From Mobula hypostoma (Eukaryota): DNA of 64,000 bases. The first letter of the stretch is position 1. Each line of letters begins with the position of its first letter. The position numbers and the translations under genes were made by a program. The notes beneath the pieces were generated by a model, which was not told the DNA's origin, did no database searches, and saw only the letters and a list, made by a program, of their open reading frames with translations. The stretch is from assembly GCF_963921235.1 (NCBI RefSeq), contig NC_086118.1, positions 13,208,001 to 13,272,000 on the forward strand, read 5' to 3'. Of this stretch, positions 48,790-61,226 are shown in pieces.

Positions 48790-49640
48790 CAAAGATTTAC
48801 GATAGTATGTACTACTATCCCAAGGACTGACTAAATCATATAATAGTTTCAGGATTCCTTGTGTCGTCTCCTACCAGGCTTGTAGGAAAACTTGGCCTGT
48901 TAGCTACCTCTGTTAACAGCCATGTGACTCAGTGGTGAGAAGGCCAGCTTTCATAAACAACATATGTCTAGGGTCGATATGATTTGGGGTTCAACTAAAC
49001 AAGAATGTCATGTTGTTCCATTTAAAGAAACCTCAATTTGAGCCAGCCTAGCTAGGGGTTTGCTTACCCTATGAGATCTCCTGATCTCATCTTCAGCTTT
49101 TCCCACTTCAATCACTCCTTATGACCACTCCTGTCTTCTAGAGGATTCTTCTCTCTGTACACCACTCATATCTTCCAGCAGTTTAGGTTACCTTGCCCCA
49201 TGAGTGAACTTGTCGCCTTCAGTTTAAGCAGGTGCTGCTGAACATCTACAACTTCTGCAATGCTAACCAGTGAGACCTCTCTCAGAAAGGTGCGTCCTCT
49301 GTCACTCCAATGGTGTGGCAAGTATTCTTGGAGCAACCAACATCAAACTCTTCAGTAGAAAAGACAGCTATGCATTCCAATATCTTTTCAGTTAATCTCC
49401 TTTTCCATTCCTTGGATATCGGTGAATCACCAAAATTCAATGACTTCAAAGCACCTTCTGCAATGGGGACTCACCTTCCAAAGGAATTCTGTGGCATCTT
49501 CCCTTCTATTCCACTCTGCGGCTCTCACCAAAAGATCATAAACCAGAATACCACCCATCACAAAACTCTCTCTGCCCCATTCTCTCTAGAAGTTTCTCCA
49601 GATCTCACCATCCTGATTGGCTGACACCACATTCCTACGT
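48790..49640 (-). pseudogene. Internally deleted Gypsy pol relic (different lineage from the sushi elements)
   Basis: Minus strand LNFGDSPISKEWKRRLTEKI...VFSTEEFDVGCSKNTCHTI.VTEDAPF*ERS (~49280-49445), typical of the pre-RT linker, joined to RRSHRVSKPLARL (~49045-49085), typical of integrase C-terminal tails. Confidence 0.75.
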
Positions 49641-51419
49641 TGAGCAGCAGAGCTTCTTGTCTTTAGCCAAAACCAAATCATTCTACCAGCAAGACACATG
49701 ACACATTGCATTGAGGGAATAAGAAAATGAAAACTGCTGAAATGAAATATCTACAGCATAGCAGTAGAAATCTTAACCAGAGCATTACATTTGCTGTAAT
49801 TGCCTCTGTTTTTTCTTAGACTGACTGGAATCCATTTGAATTAACTTTGATCCCAAAGTAAATGGTCTCACTTTGTACAAGTACATACTTATTTTGTTTG
49901 AACATTATATTGTATTTGTGTAGCCATTTCTAACACTCAGAAATCCTCATCTGTGGTACTTATTTGGTACTTAAGATGCTATTGGTACATCATCTTTGTT
50001 GGAGAAACACTGATCTATACTTTGTGTTATTTTGTTGACCGTAACTTGAAGGATCTTCTTGATAATTTCACATCATAAAACATCAGTAGTTTCAAATCTT
50101 TATATATATAGTGAACTATTGCTGGCTCCCTATCGACAATTAACTATGATCTGCACATGTTAGTTCTAGTTGATGAACATGCCAGCTCCAGCCAAGTCGG
50201 TACATAAATCTTATAGTATGTGGTAGGCAACGTAGACTTCTTGTGCAGAACAAACCCTTCTGTGATGAACACACACCATGGGAATTGTTATGTTAAACTA
50301 ACTTGTCTTAAAATTGCCTGCTGAAGATATATATCCTTGAACCTGAAGGTCCCATTTCCGGTTGACATACATAAGATGGGTGGCTTCCGTTACACTTACA
50401 TCAAGAACTCAGGGTCATCTCACATGCACACTGATATTCTGCTTGGAATTCCAGGTATTACTTTGTGAATGTATATTGCAGCTGTATTTCTAGCTGGAAT
50501 TAATTACAGTTCAATTATATTTCCATAGATATCTCAATTTTGCATGTAAGATCAAATATTCAATCATTTTTATTGTCAAATCAATGATTAAATTCATGAA
50601 CGTATTTCTGTACAATGCCTGGTCTAACTAATTGCCAGAATTACAAAGGGAGGATAGATTTTTCCATGAGACAAGGTTCTTATTGAGAATCTCTCCTGAT
50701 TCTCAGCTCTAAGTTTGTTACTCTTCTGCTCTAAGTTTGTTACTGTTTTGAGGGTTTAGGTTTGAAATATTTCAGGAATTTCTGTAATACTTTCCTGAGC
50801 AAAACACCTTTTACTTTTCAGGATGTTGCCAGACCTGGTAACATGTTGCATGTTTCTGAACCCATTTCAATTAATAAAATAGCTTTATTGCTTTTCTGTA
50901 TACGATTACTCAGAACAGGTGCTTTCTCACCATTAACATCAACTTCCACTGTGTTACTTGCTTTCAGAAATACTTTCATTCACCCCGTGCATGGACTGAT
51001 TGTGGTGATTATGATGCTTCCTCCATGCTCTCTCACACTTGCAGTTACTCAAGTGTAGTCACCACAGCCCTCAGCAACAAAGCCAATGCCTCACACTGCT
51101 GATGTCATGACTATAACCATCAGCTCATAGGTAAGTCTTCCTGCTTGACTCAAATGTTATTTTTGTTTGATCACACAAGTTTTCTGTTTTGCACTGATGG
51201 CACAAATTTTCAATGTACATGTGAGTTTTATCCCCATTGTGTGTAGTGGCAGGAACCTGGTGAATCACTAGAAAATATGGAAAATATGATAGAAACAGTC
51301 AACCTTGTTTAATCCACTTAACCCATCTACACTCTGTGTAGGCATGTAACTCATGCACGATTCATGCATTTACAATTGGATATATTAGATAAAATCTGAT
51401 TTTTTGTCACATTCCTAGT

Positions 51420-51650
51420 TGGTATTAGGTATTGACATTGGTATTGGTTTATTGTTGCCACATGTAGCAAAATATGGTGAAAAGCTTTGTTTAGTGGCAG
51501 ATTATACCATATATAATTACATCAAGGTAGTTAAAAAGAAAGCGGAACACAGAATATAGTATTGCAGTTATAGAAAAAGTGCAGTACAAGTAGACACATA
51601 CTGCAAAGTGCAATTGCAATAACAAGGTAGATTTAGAAGATCAAGGATTA
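51420..51650 (-). mobile_element. LINE 3' UTR fragment with (CCAATA)n tail
   Basis: ttggtattaggtattgacattggtattggtttattg; homologous to 19855-20125. Confidence 0.55.
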
Positions 51651-51790
51651 CTCCCAACATACATCAAAGCAATTCTTTTTGAACGAGGAAACATCTCCTG
51701 GAATTTTGGCTTCTCACAATAATGCAATTCAAGCCTACCATGAGAAAAATAATAATATTGATATAAAATGTGATTCTGTGATTCTTGTTC

Positions 51791-52711
51791 TGTGAAGGTA
51801 TTGTGTTCCCTATCCGCAAAGCCTTACACTCAAAAAGAAAGATTTAAGCCTTATTCTGTATAGATATTTATGGGTGCTGTCACTATGAGGAGGGTACTTA
51901 CTGAATCCACTTATACTTCAAGGACTAGCTCACTTCCTTGTTGAGCCTCTGCAGCAAGATCCACTCATGAGTGTTGGAGCCACCGCCTACCAAGGAGGAG
52001 ATACTTCCAGCTAATGAAGTAGTGTAAACACAGTTTATTTTATTTTATAATATAGACAGATAGTTTTCACGCACATTTGACACTCACAGCAGGATTTCTG
52101 TTTTATAAAATACTTCTGAATTACAAATGATTTAAAAACTACAAAGGATTTCTAGACACAGAATACCAATGATTTGAAGACAAATGAGTCATCCATCGCA
52201 GAAACCGAAGATTGACAAATGAATTCTAGTTCTTCTTTCTGTCATTCCTAACAATCCCCAAAGCTTTCTAACATTTATGCTTTTTTCTTCGATGACATCA
52301 TCTATATGTGATGTTTTCCAGATACCTTTGCTCGGACAGAGTAATTTACATAGATGGTCAAAAAGCTTCTGAAGACAATGGTCCAAATAACTTAACTCTA
52401 GTTGCCTGGTTTAATGTAGGTCAATTAACATGGTCCTATTTTCTTGTGTTTGGCTAATTCAGATAATTTCACTTTGCAAACTATATCTCTTAGCAGACCT
52501 CCATGAGTCTTTCTAACTTCTAACAAATTACTGCTTGCAATTTACTTGAAGAACTGCTTTGATTACAGCAAGAAGCTGAGCAAGGAATATTTGTTAAAAG
52601 ATTAACTTTGTCACGAACAACTCTGACCCTTTGGAAATGTCATGTTCCTATAGTAGAAAGCCAAGGCTAGCAATAAGCCTCTCAGATGCCAGAAAGTGAA
52701 TATCCATGACA
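51791..52711 (-). mobile_element. Solo-LTR-like element, family copy 2 (most diverged)
   Basis: TGTGAAGG...CCATGACA; flanks GTTC/GTTT (3/4 TSD match); shared blocks ccaaataacttaact and agcaagaagctga with copies 1 and 3. Confidence 0.6.
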
Positions 52712-52941
52712 GTTTAAAAGCATCACAATGGAACAATAGATGCATGAAAATTAAGTGCAAAGAATATGCTGGAAGTCTGAAATAAAGAGAGAAAATATTG
52801 CAAGCACATAGCAGAACAGACAGCATCTTTAAAAAGAGGAACAGTTAATGCTATTCCATTTGTTCCAGCGTCCCTCTCTGCAATCGTCATCTTCTAAAAC
52901 TAGCTTGCTTTCTTCTTTTTCAGTTCAGATAAACAGCCCAG

Positions 52942-54034
52942 TGTGATAGTAATGGGTTTACTGACCGTGGAGTTCTAAGCTCAAACAAAGATCTTAAGTC
53001 CTAGCTGATATAGATAGCCACAAGTACCCTCACTAAAGGGAAGTTATACTGTAGCTACCTACTCTTCAAAGATTAGTTCACATCCCTATTTATCCTCCAT
53101 GGTAAGTTTAGCTGCAAATAGTCACTACTTGAGAGGTTGGTCCAATTAGCAAGGCAATTTAAACACAGTTCATTTATTTTTAGTGATATACATTTAAATT
53201 TAGATAAAAAAAATTTAAAACATATTTAAAACTCACAGCCACAAAGGTTTTCGATCTTATAAAGGATTTCCAAAATACATATACAATTCCTAAAAGCTAA
53301 AAAGACATACCAATGAGTTGCAGATGAATGAGTTGTCTGTTGCAGAATTTGAATGCGGTGGAATGAATTCTAGTTTCAACCTTTCTTTCTGTCATTCTTT
53401 CTGAAGTTATGTGACCATTCCTGACACACCTGACTGCTCCTTTACATTTATAGTGTTTTTTTTTGAAATTTGGTGACTTCACACGTGCATGTGATATTTT
53501 ATCTGATATTTTTTCACCCAGATAGTCTGAAAGCTTCTAGTGTGAATGTTCCCAAACGCCCAAAACTTCTGCTGTGAGAGGTGACCCTCTGAAAACACAA
53601 ATCTTCCAACTATTGATATTTTAGCTACTTGATGTCCTAAGTTATAATATCAATCTGGTCTGCAAGTTTCTTTGAACCAAATAACTTAACTAGTGTTCTC
53701 TGGTTTGATACAAGCCAATTAACTTAACCACATTCTCTTACACTACACCTCTTGAGCAATCAGCGCCATGCAGTGGGTCAGCATCCTGTGCTCTGCAGAC
53801 AGTGTTGTTTGCAAAGCTGTCCTTTTAACTTCAGACTGATTATTGCTTTCCATTTACATTATGAACTAAAGACTGGTTCCTGTTTGTGACAAGAAGCTGA
53901 ACAAAGAATATTAGTCAGAAGTTTAACTTACTCAAAAGCAACTCATTGATCTATAGAAGTGTCAGCTGCTGTGTTGAAAGCTGAGCTTGGCAAAAAAAGG
54001 ACCCTTTGCCCCTATAGAGTGAATATGTATCACA
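52942..54034 (-). mobile_element. Solo LTR, family copy 3 (1093 bp)
   Basis: Perfect inverted termini TGTGATA...TATCACA; flanks CCAG/GCAG; splits a Penelope-type terminus (cagttcagataa...|...cacagatgctgcatgacctg). Confidence 0.8.
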
Positions 54035-54496
54035 GCAGGACCTGAATTGTTTCGTATTTCCACCTTCACAGATGCTGCATGACCTGCCGAATATTTATAA
54101 CAATGGATTCAGTTCAACCACACTGTTAAGCAGAACAATTATTCCAACTGAAGTTGCATGTATTATATATTCATTAGAAATGTGGACCTTCTTTTTAATG
54201 ATTTGAAACAGAACTCTTTCTGTTGCTGGATGAGACAGGGTTAAAATAATGATCTTGTTGGGAGAAGAAAATCTCTTACGGTGAGCTGACACAAACTGAA
54301 AAGGTTTTCTTCTAGAAAGTAAGCAAGGAAAGTCATCAGAATTGTCTATCAGACTCAATACACAGCTTAGTACGTTAATTAATGAGGAGAAAAAAGAAAT
54401 GATTTTCATTACTCGGCAAAGAAAGCCAAGTAAGGCTGTAAAATGCTGGAAGTAGTGCCAAAATCTGAAACCCACTTTACTTTTAAAATCACATCA

Positions 54497-55110
54497 CCAT
54501 TATCATATTTTCTGGGAATGCCTCATTATTAAAGACTATTGGAGTGGGATACATAATGCCCTACAAGACTTCTTTAAATGTGAAATACCCTTAGAGAGTA
54601 AGACCATATATTTTGGGTATATACCTCAAGAATGGTTGAAGAGAGATAAATATTTAATGAACGTACTGCTGGTGCCTGGTAAAAAGACCCTTACCAGGAA
54701 ATGGTTATCACAGGAGAGCCCAACTCTAAATGTGTGGATGGAAATTACAATGGACATTTATTAAATGGAGAAGATAACAGCATCTGTTAATCATAAGTTG
54801 GAACAATCTTATTCATGCTGGAAAAAATGGTTTAACTACATAGGTCTGATTTTATTCTCACAAGTCAATGAATATGTTGTAAAAAAAGATCACTCCCTAC
54901 TCTGTACATAGTTATCTTCTTTCGATTGTTCTTTCTTTCCTCTCCTTTCTGAAGTGAATATATGATAAATATAATATGATATCAGATAAATATTATGTGG
55001 AGATTTGTGACAAATATGATTATATGATATAGATGTACAGTATCTGAAACACATCTTATGAAAATGTTTGTTTGATGATGAAATTCAATAAAAAATAAAT
55101 TACAAAAAAT
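54497..55110 (+). mobile_element. L1-clade LINE 3' end
   Basis: HIFWEC.IIKDYW...KKTLTRKWLSQESPT...MEKITA...WKKW; AATAAA and A-rich tail; TSD AAATCACATCA at 54486-54496 and 55111-55121, at a TTTT/AAAA target. Confidence 0.92.
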
Positions 55111-56492
55111 AAATCACATCATCAGAGTTGAAGTGAGCTCATTGAATAAATTAAGTATTTGAACCACAGAGATTGTTTCCAAGAATCAAGAGCTGTTTGC
55201 AAACTACCAAAGTTGGATTAGTAAGTACTGGGAGAATTTCCATTATGGAGCTCTTGCTTAGGAATGAAATATTTGCTGGTGTCCTTTGTACCCTAAATTT
55301 GAAGGCCCGTTTCCCTTCTGTTACTCTCCCCTATGCTCTCTGACCTCAACTCATCCATGTGTCATCCATCTCATCCATGGTACATACGACCCACTTAACC
55401 CAACTGTCACTAAAGTGTGGTAAAAATCGTATTAACGTGTGACATCTGACACCATCTTTCAGAAAGTTGTTGATGCAGAAAATTTGCAGTTGATGTTGTG
55501 CAGAGAAAATGCATCTTTTGAGTCCCTGGCAAGTTCCTAAACAGGTATAAATATTAAATGATTATCTATGCCACAACTGACAACTAAATCGAAGACTGTA
55601 GTGAGTTTACAACTACTATTAAAAGAAATAGTCAATACTTGTAAACAAAAGAGATCTGCGGATGCCAAGAGAGGTCTTGACACAAACGATCAACCCTTTA
55701 TTTAAACGCAAACAACAGGAATTCTGCAGATGCTGGAAATTCAAGCAACTTTGATGTATGTTGATCAACCCTTTATTCCTCTCTGGAACTGTTGCCTGAC
55801 CTGCTGAATTCCTCCAGCACTTTGTGTGTGTAGGCCATGACATTGTATGCATGTGGGCACTGCACACATTGCATAGTAACTGGGTGACCCATTCACTGGT
55901 ACAACTTTAGACAACTTTCAACAATGAAAAGCAACATACTGTCGTGCACATGCCCTGGAGAAATATTATGGACACTAAGGGAATGAGGATGCTGTGACTC
56001 AAGGTAATAAGGAGATGTGTTGATATTTGGACCAGAATAAGAAAGTGGCAGCGATGGGTAGGATCTCGATTAGAGGAGATGGTATCTCAGTTCAACACTT
56101 AGAGAGTACTAAAGATAATGAGTAAACAGACAGATCTTTCCCTTCAGAAATATGTGCTCTGCCAGTGATTCACTGCAAAAGGAAAAAGGGAGGGATAATC
56201 ATTCATGTGGGGCAATAATGGAAGCAGAGAATAGAAGTGCTGCGCTGGCCAAAAGTAATCCCATAAGTCAGTACAGTGTGACTGCAGGGAAGGTGCTCAG
56301 CATCTAGGAAAGTGGGAAAAACATTGTTCAGGCAGACAAAAACAGAGCAAATAATAGGAAAACTATTGCAGATCTCAAGAAATAATTGGTTCTGTTGATC
56401 AGACTAGTTAACTAGAGACAAAGGAGAGTGCAGATGCTAGAATCTGGAGCAAGAAACAAACTGCTGGAAAAATTCAGCAGGTCAGCTAGCAT

Positions 56493-59467
56493 AAAACCAT
56501 AAGACATAGGAGCAGAATTAGGCCATTCAGCCCATCGAGTCTGCTCTGCTATTCCATTATGGCTGATTTGAGAACCCAATCAACCCCACACACCTGCCTT
56601 CTTGCCATATCATTTGATGCCCAGACCTATCAGGAAGCTATCAGCTTTGTCCTTAAATATACCCAGCGACATGGCCTCCACTACAGACTGTGGCAGAGAT
56701 TTTGACAGATTCACTACTCTCTGGCTAAAAAAAATTCCTCCTTACCTCTGTTCTTAAAGGTTGCTTTTTAATTTTGAGGCTGTGCTTTTTGGTTCTGGAT
56801 AACCACACCATGGGAAGCATCATCTCTACATCCACCCTATCTAGTCCTTTCAACATTCGGTAGGTTTCAGTGAGATCCCCCAGCATTCTTCTACATTCCA
56901 GTGAGTACAGGCCCAAAGCTGCCAAATGCTCCTCATATGTTAATCTCTTCATTTCTGGAATCGTCCTTGTGAATCTCCTCTGGACTCTCTCCAATGACAA
57001 CACATCCTTTCTGAAATATGGGCCCAAAACTGGTGACAATAATTCAAGTGCAGTCTAACTAGTGTCTTATAAAGCCTCAGCATTATCTCCTTGTTTTTAT
57101 ATTCTGTTCCCCTTGAAATAAATGGCAACGTTGCATTTTCCGTCTTTACCACAAACTCAACTTGTAAATTAACCTTCTGGGAATCTTGTCCAAGGACTCC
57201 TAAGTCCCTCTGCACCTCTGATGTTTGAACCTTCTCCCCATTCAGATAATAGTCAGAGCTATTGTTCCTTTGACCAAATTGTAAAATCATACATTTCCCA
57301 ACAGTATTCCATCTGCCACTTTTTTGCCTATTCTTCCAATTTGTCTAAGTCCTACTGCAATTACATTGCTTCCTCGTCACTACATACTCCTCCACCTCTC
57401 TTTGTATCATCCGCAAACTTTGCCACAAAGCTATTAATTCCAATATCTAAATCATTGACAAACAATGTGAAAAGTAGCGGTCCCAGTTACTGACTCCTGA
57501 GGGACACCACTGGCAGCCAGCCAGACAAGGCCCTCTTTATTCCCACTTGCTGCCTCCTGCCTGTCAGCCATTCCTCTATCCATGCCAGTATCTTTCCTGT
57601 AATGCCACAGGATTTTATCTTGTTAAGGAGTATTATATGTGGCACCTTAACAAACACCTTCTGAAAATCCAAGTAAGTAACAACCACTGCCTCTCCTCTG
57701 TCCTCCCTGCATGTTACTTCCTCAAAGAACTCTCCCAGATTTGTCAGGCAAGATTTCCCTTTACAGAAATCATGCTGATTTTGACTTATTTTTATCATTA
57801 GTCTCCAATTACCCCAAAACCTCATCCTTAATAATAGATTCCAACAATTTCCCAACCCCTGAGGTTAGGTTATCTGTACTATACATTCCTTTATTTTGTC
57901 GTCCTCCCTTCTTAAAGAGTGGAATGGCATTTGTGTAATCTTCCAGTCCTCCACAGCCATGCCAGAACCATGTGATTCTTGAAAGATCATGCCCAATGCA
58001 TCTGATATTTCTTCAGCAATGTCTCTCAAGACTCTGGCATGTTGTCCATCTGGTCCAGGTGACTTATCCACCTTAAGACCTTTGAGTTTGCCTAGCACTT
58101 TTTCCTTTGAAATAGCGATGGCACTCACTCCTGCTCCCTGACACTCACAGACCTCTGGCACACTGTTAGTGTCTTCCATAGTGAAGACTAGAAGACTGAT
58201 GCAAAGTTCCCATTAGGTTCATCTGCCATTTCTTTGTCCCCCATTACTACCTGGTGGGTGCGTGGAATGCACTGCTGGTGGCAGTGGTGGAAGCGGATAC
58301 AGGAGGTCTTTTAAGAGCCTCTTAGACAGGTACATGGAGCTTAGAAAAATAAGAGGGCTATGTGCTAGTGAAATTCTAGGTAGTCTCTAAAGGAGGTTAC
58401 ATGGCTGGCACAACATTGTGGGCTGAATGGCCTGTAATGTGCTGTAAATTTCTATGTTCTATGTACCTCACCAGCATCATTTCCCAGTAGTACAATATCA
58501 ACTCTCACCTCCCTTTTACTCTTTATATAACTAAAAATACTTACGGTATCCTGTTTTATATTATTGGCTAGTTTGCTTTCATATTTCATCTTTTCCTTTC
58601 GTATAGCTTTCTCAGTTGCCTTTTGTTGGATTTTACAAGCTTCTGAATCATCCAACTTCCCATTCACTTTGCTACCTTATATGCCCTTCCTTTGGCTTTT
58701 ATGCAGTCCTTAACTTCCCTTGTCGGCCATGGTCGCCTACCCCTGCCATTTGAGAACCTCTCCTGTGGGACATATCCACCCTGGTCTTTGTAAACTATTC
58801 TCAGAAACTTCAGCCACCTTTACTCTGCCATCATCCTCCTCTAATCCACCTAGGCAATCTCCTCTCTCATGCCTCCGTAATTCCCCTTATTCCATTGTGA
58901 TATTGATATATGTGACTTATGCCTCTCCTTCTCAAATTGTTATATGAATTCAATCATATTATGGGTTATTATACAATACCCAATCTAAAATAGCCTTTAC
59001 CCGAGTAGGCTCAAGCACAATCTGCTCTAAAAAGCCATCTCATAGGCATTCAACAAATTCCCTCTCTTGCGATCCAACACCAACCTGATTTTCCCAATCC
59101 CCTTACATATTGAAGTTCCCCTTTACAATTGCGATATTACCCTTAGTACATGCCTTTTCCAGCACCCTTTACAATCTCAACCCCACATCTTGGCTACTAT
59201 TTAGAAGCCTATATATGATTTCCACAAAGTTTTTTCACACTTGCTGTTTCTTAACTCCACCCACAAACATTCAACGTTCTCTAACCTTAAGTCACCTCCT
59301 CCTAAAGATGTAATCCTATCTCTTACCAACAGAGCCACACCACTACCTATGCCTTCCTGCCTGTCCTTTCAGTACAATGTATATTCTTTGATGTTAAGCT
59401 TCCAACTATAGCCTTCTTTCAGTCACGACTCAGTGATGGCCACAATATCATACTGACCAATCTCCAC
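56493..59467 (-). mobile_element. CR1 LINE (most of ORF2), decayed, inserted in a Penelope-type terminus
   Basis: ORFs 56725-57039, 56949-57290, 57487-57855, 57865-58179 (KSPGPDG) and 58452-58667; DIVAITES at ~59425-59450; flanking AGCAT repeat. Confidence 0.93.
58253..58463 (+). mobile_element. Short CR1 3' tail nested antisense in the larger CR1
   Basis: gggtgcgtggaatgcactgc matches 39758-39777; (TTCTATG)2 tail; TSD TACCT at 58248-58252 and 58464-58468. Confidence 0.88.
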
Positions 59468-59904
59468 AGCATCTGTCATGGTAAATGGGTAGTCAATATT
59501 TCAGGCCCTATAACAGGAATGAAATAGTTGATTACACCAACTATAAAGAGTAGTTGAAGCTAGTGCCAACTAATGCGATGAGGTCCTAAAAATGTGAATG
59601 CGGATGGCTGAGGTTTTAAATACAGGAGACATTCTGAAGTATAGGTAAAGGCTGAGTGATATGTATAAGAAAAGGTTTAGTGAAATGCATAAGAGAAGAG
59701 TTTCTCATAAGTTAAAGCACTGGTATTATTAACTACCTATACTGAAGATAGGAGGTTGGAATATCTACATCTCTTGATCTAGGGGCTTTGGACTGACACA
59801 GAAGCATAAGGAAAAGGAGGAGGCCATGACTATTCAGACTTTTCAGTGTGCTCTGCTCTTTGTTATGATCACAGTTGAACATCCATCTCATCAAGCTGAG
59901 TTCA

Positions 59905-60186
59905 TTGTTATATTTGTATTTTTTTTAATTTATTGAGATACAATATGGATTCGGCCCTTCCAGCCCTTCGATTCAACCCTAGCCTAATCACGGGACAACT
60001 TACAATAAATCAATTGACCTACCATCTGGTGCATCTCGGGACTGTGAGAGGAAACCACAGCACGTGGAGAAAATCCACATGGTCATGGGGAGGATGTACA
60101 GACTCCTTACAGGCAGTGGTGGGAATTGAACCTGCGTCACAGGTATTGTAAAGCATTGTGCTAATCACTAGGCTACCATGCCACCC
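59905..60186 (-). mobile_element. tRNA-derived V-SINE-like copy
   Basis: Minus strand gggtggcatggtagcctagtg (box A), ggttcaattcc (box B), V-like domain and A-rich tail. Confidence 0.85.
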
Positions 60187-60774
60187 GCGTACAAGAACAG
60201 TGAGGTACAGGTACAACAAAAAAATGTGCTTGTATCACTGATATGTAGGTACAGACAACACACAACATATAAATTATGCATCGAATTATACTATACAACA
60301 AAAAGGAACACTGTGTGAAAGCTAGAACTTAGTGTAAAGCAGAAACAAAGAAACAATTGAAGATAAGTCCATGATAGTCCGTAGTGCACCATTGCTGAGG
60401 AAGTGTTAAGGTTGAGAAGTCTGGCTCAAGAACTTGCTGGTTGTAGGAAAGCAGATATTCAATATATTTTCTAGTGTTTCTCTCTCTCAACACCCTTCAA
60501 ACCCTTATGTGTTTAGAAATGTATCTGCCTCTTTTGTAAATATATTTGTGACATGGCCTTTACAGCTCTCTATCTTAGCAAATTCCATGCATTTACCACC
60601 ATCCAACTGAAGAACATTAACAATTCAGTTCTAAGTATCTTGCCCTGTGTTCTGAGAATATGGTTGCTCATGCTAGACGCAAGGACTACGGAAAATCTTT
60701 TCCTTACATCCAATCAGTCAATCTCGATCAGTAGTTTGTGCATTTCACTGACATCCTCTTGCATTCTTCTAAAC

Positions 60775-60858
60775 CAGGGGTTCACAATCCTTGTATTTTA
60801 TGCTGTGGAGCCTTACCATTAACCGAGGGATCCGTGGATGCCAGGTTTGAAACCCCTG
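60775..60858. mobile_element. hAT (Charlie-like) MITE, 84 bp
   Basis: TIR CAGGGGTT...AACCCCTG; 8-bp TSD TTCTAAAC (60767-60774) / CTCTAAAC (60859-60866). Confidence 0.8.
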
Positions 60859-61226
60859 CTCTAAACTCTGGTGACTACAAACCTCAGAAACACAACCTTT
60901 CCTCATAGAACATCCTTAACATGCTTGGAATCACTCTGCTGCCCTCCAGGGTAAGAGAATCCTGTCTTGTATCAGGAAGCCGAATCAGTACACAGTACTC
61001 CAAGAAATTTGTCACGACAGCCCTGCAGCAAAACAGTATATAATTTGTCTTAATTATTGCTAGCTGTACATGCACGTCTGCTTTCAGTGACTGCTGTGCA
61101 GGTTTCTTTGCAATCAATATTTTAATTTAATACCACTTGAATAATATGCCATCTTTCTTTTTTTTCCCAGTAAAATGAATAGTTTCACATTTATCCACAT
61201 TATACAAGGTTTTGCCCACTCATTTA

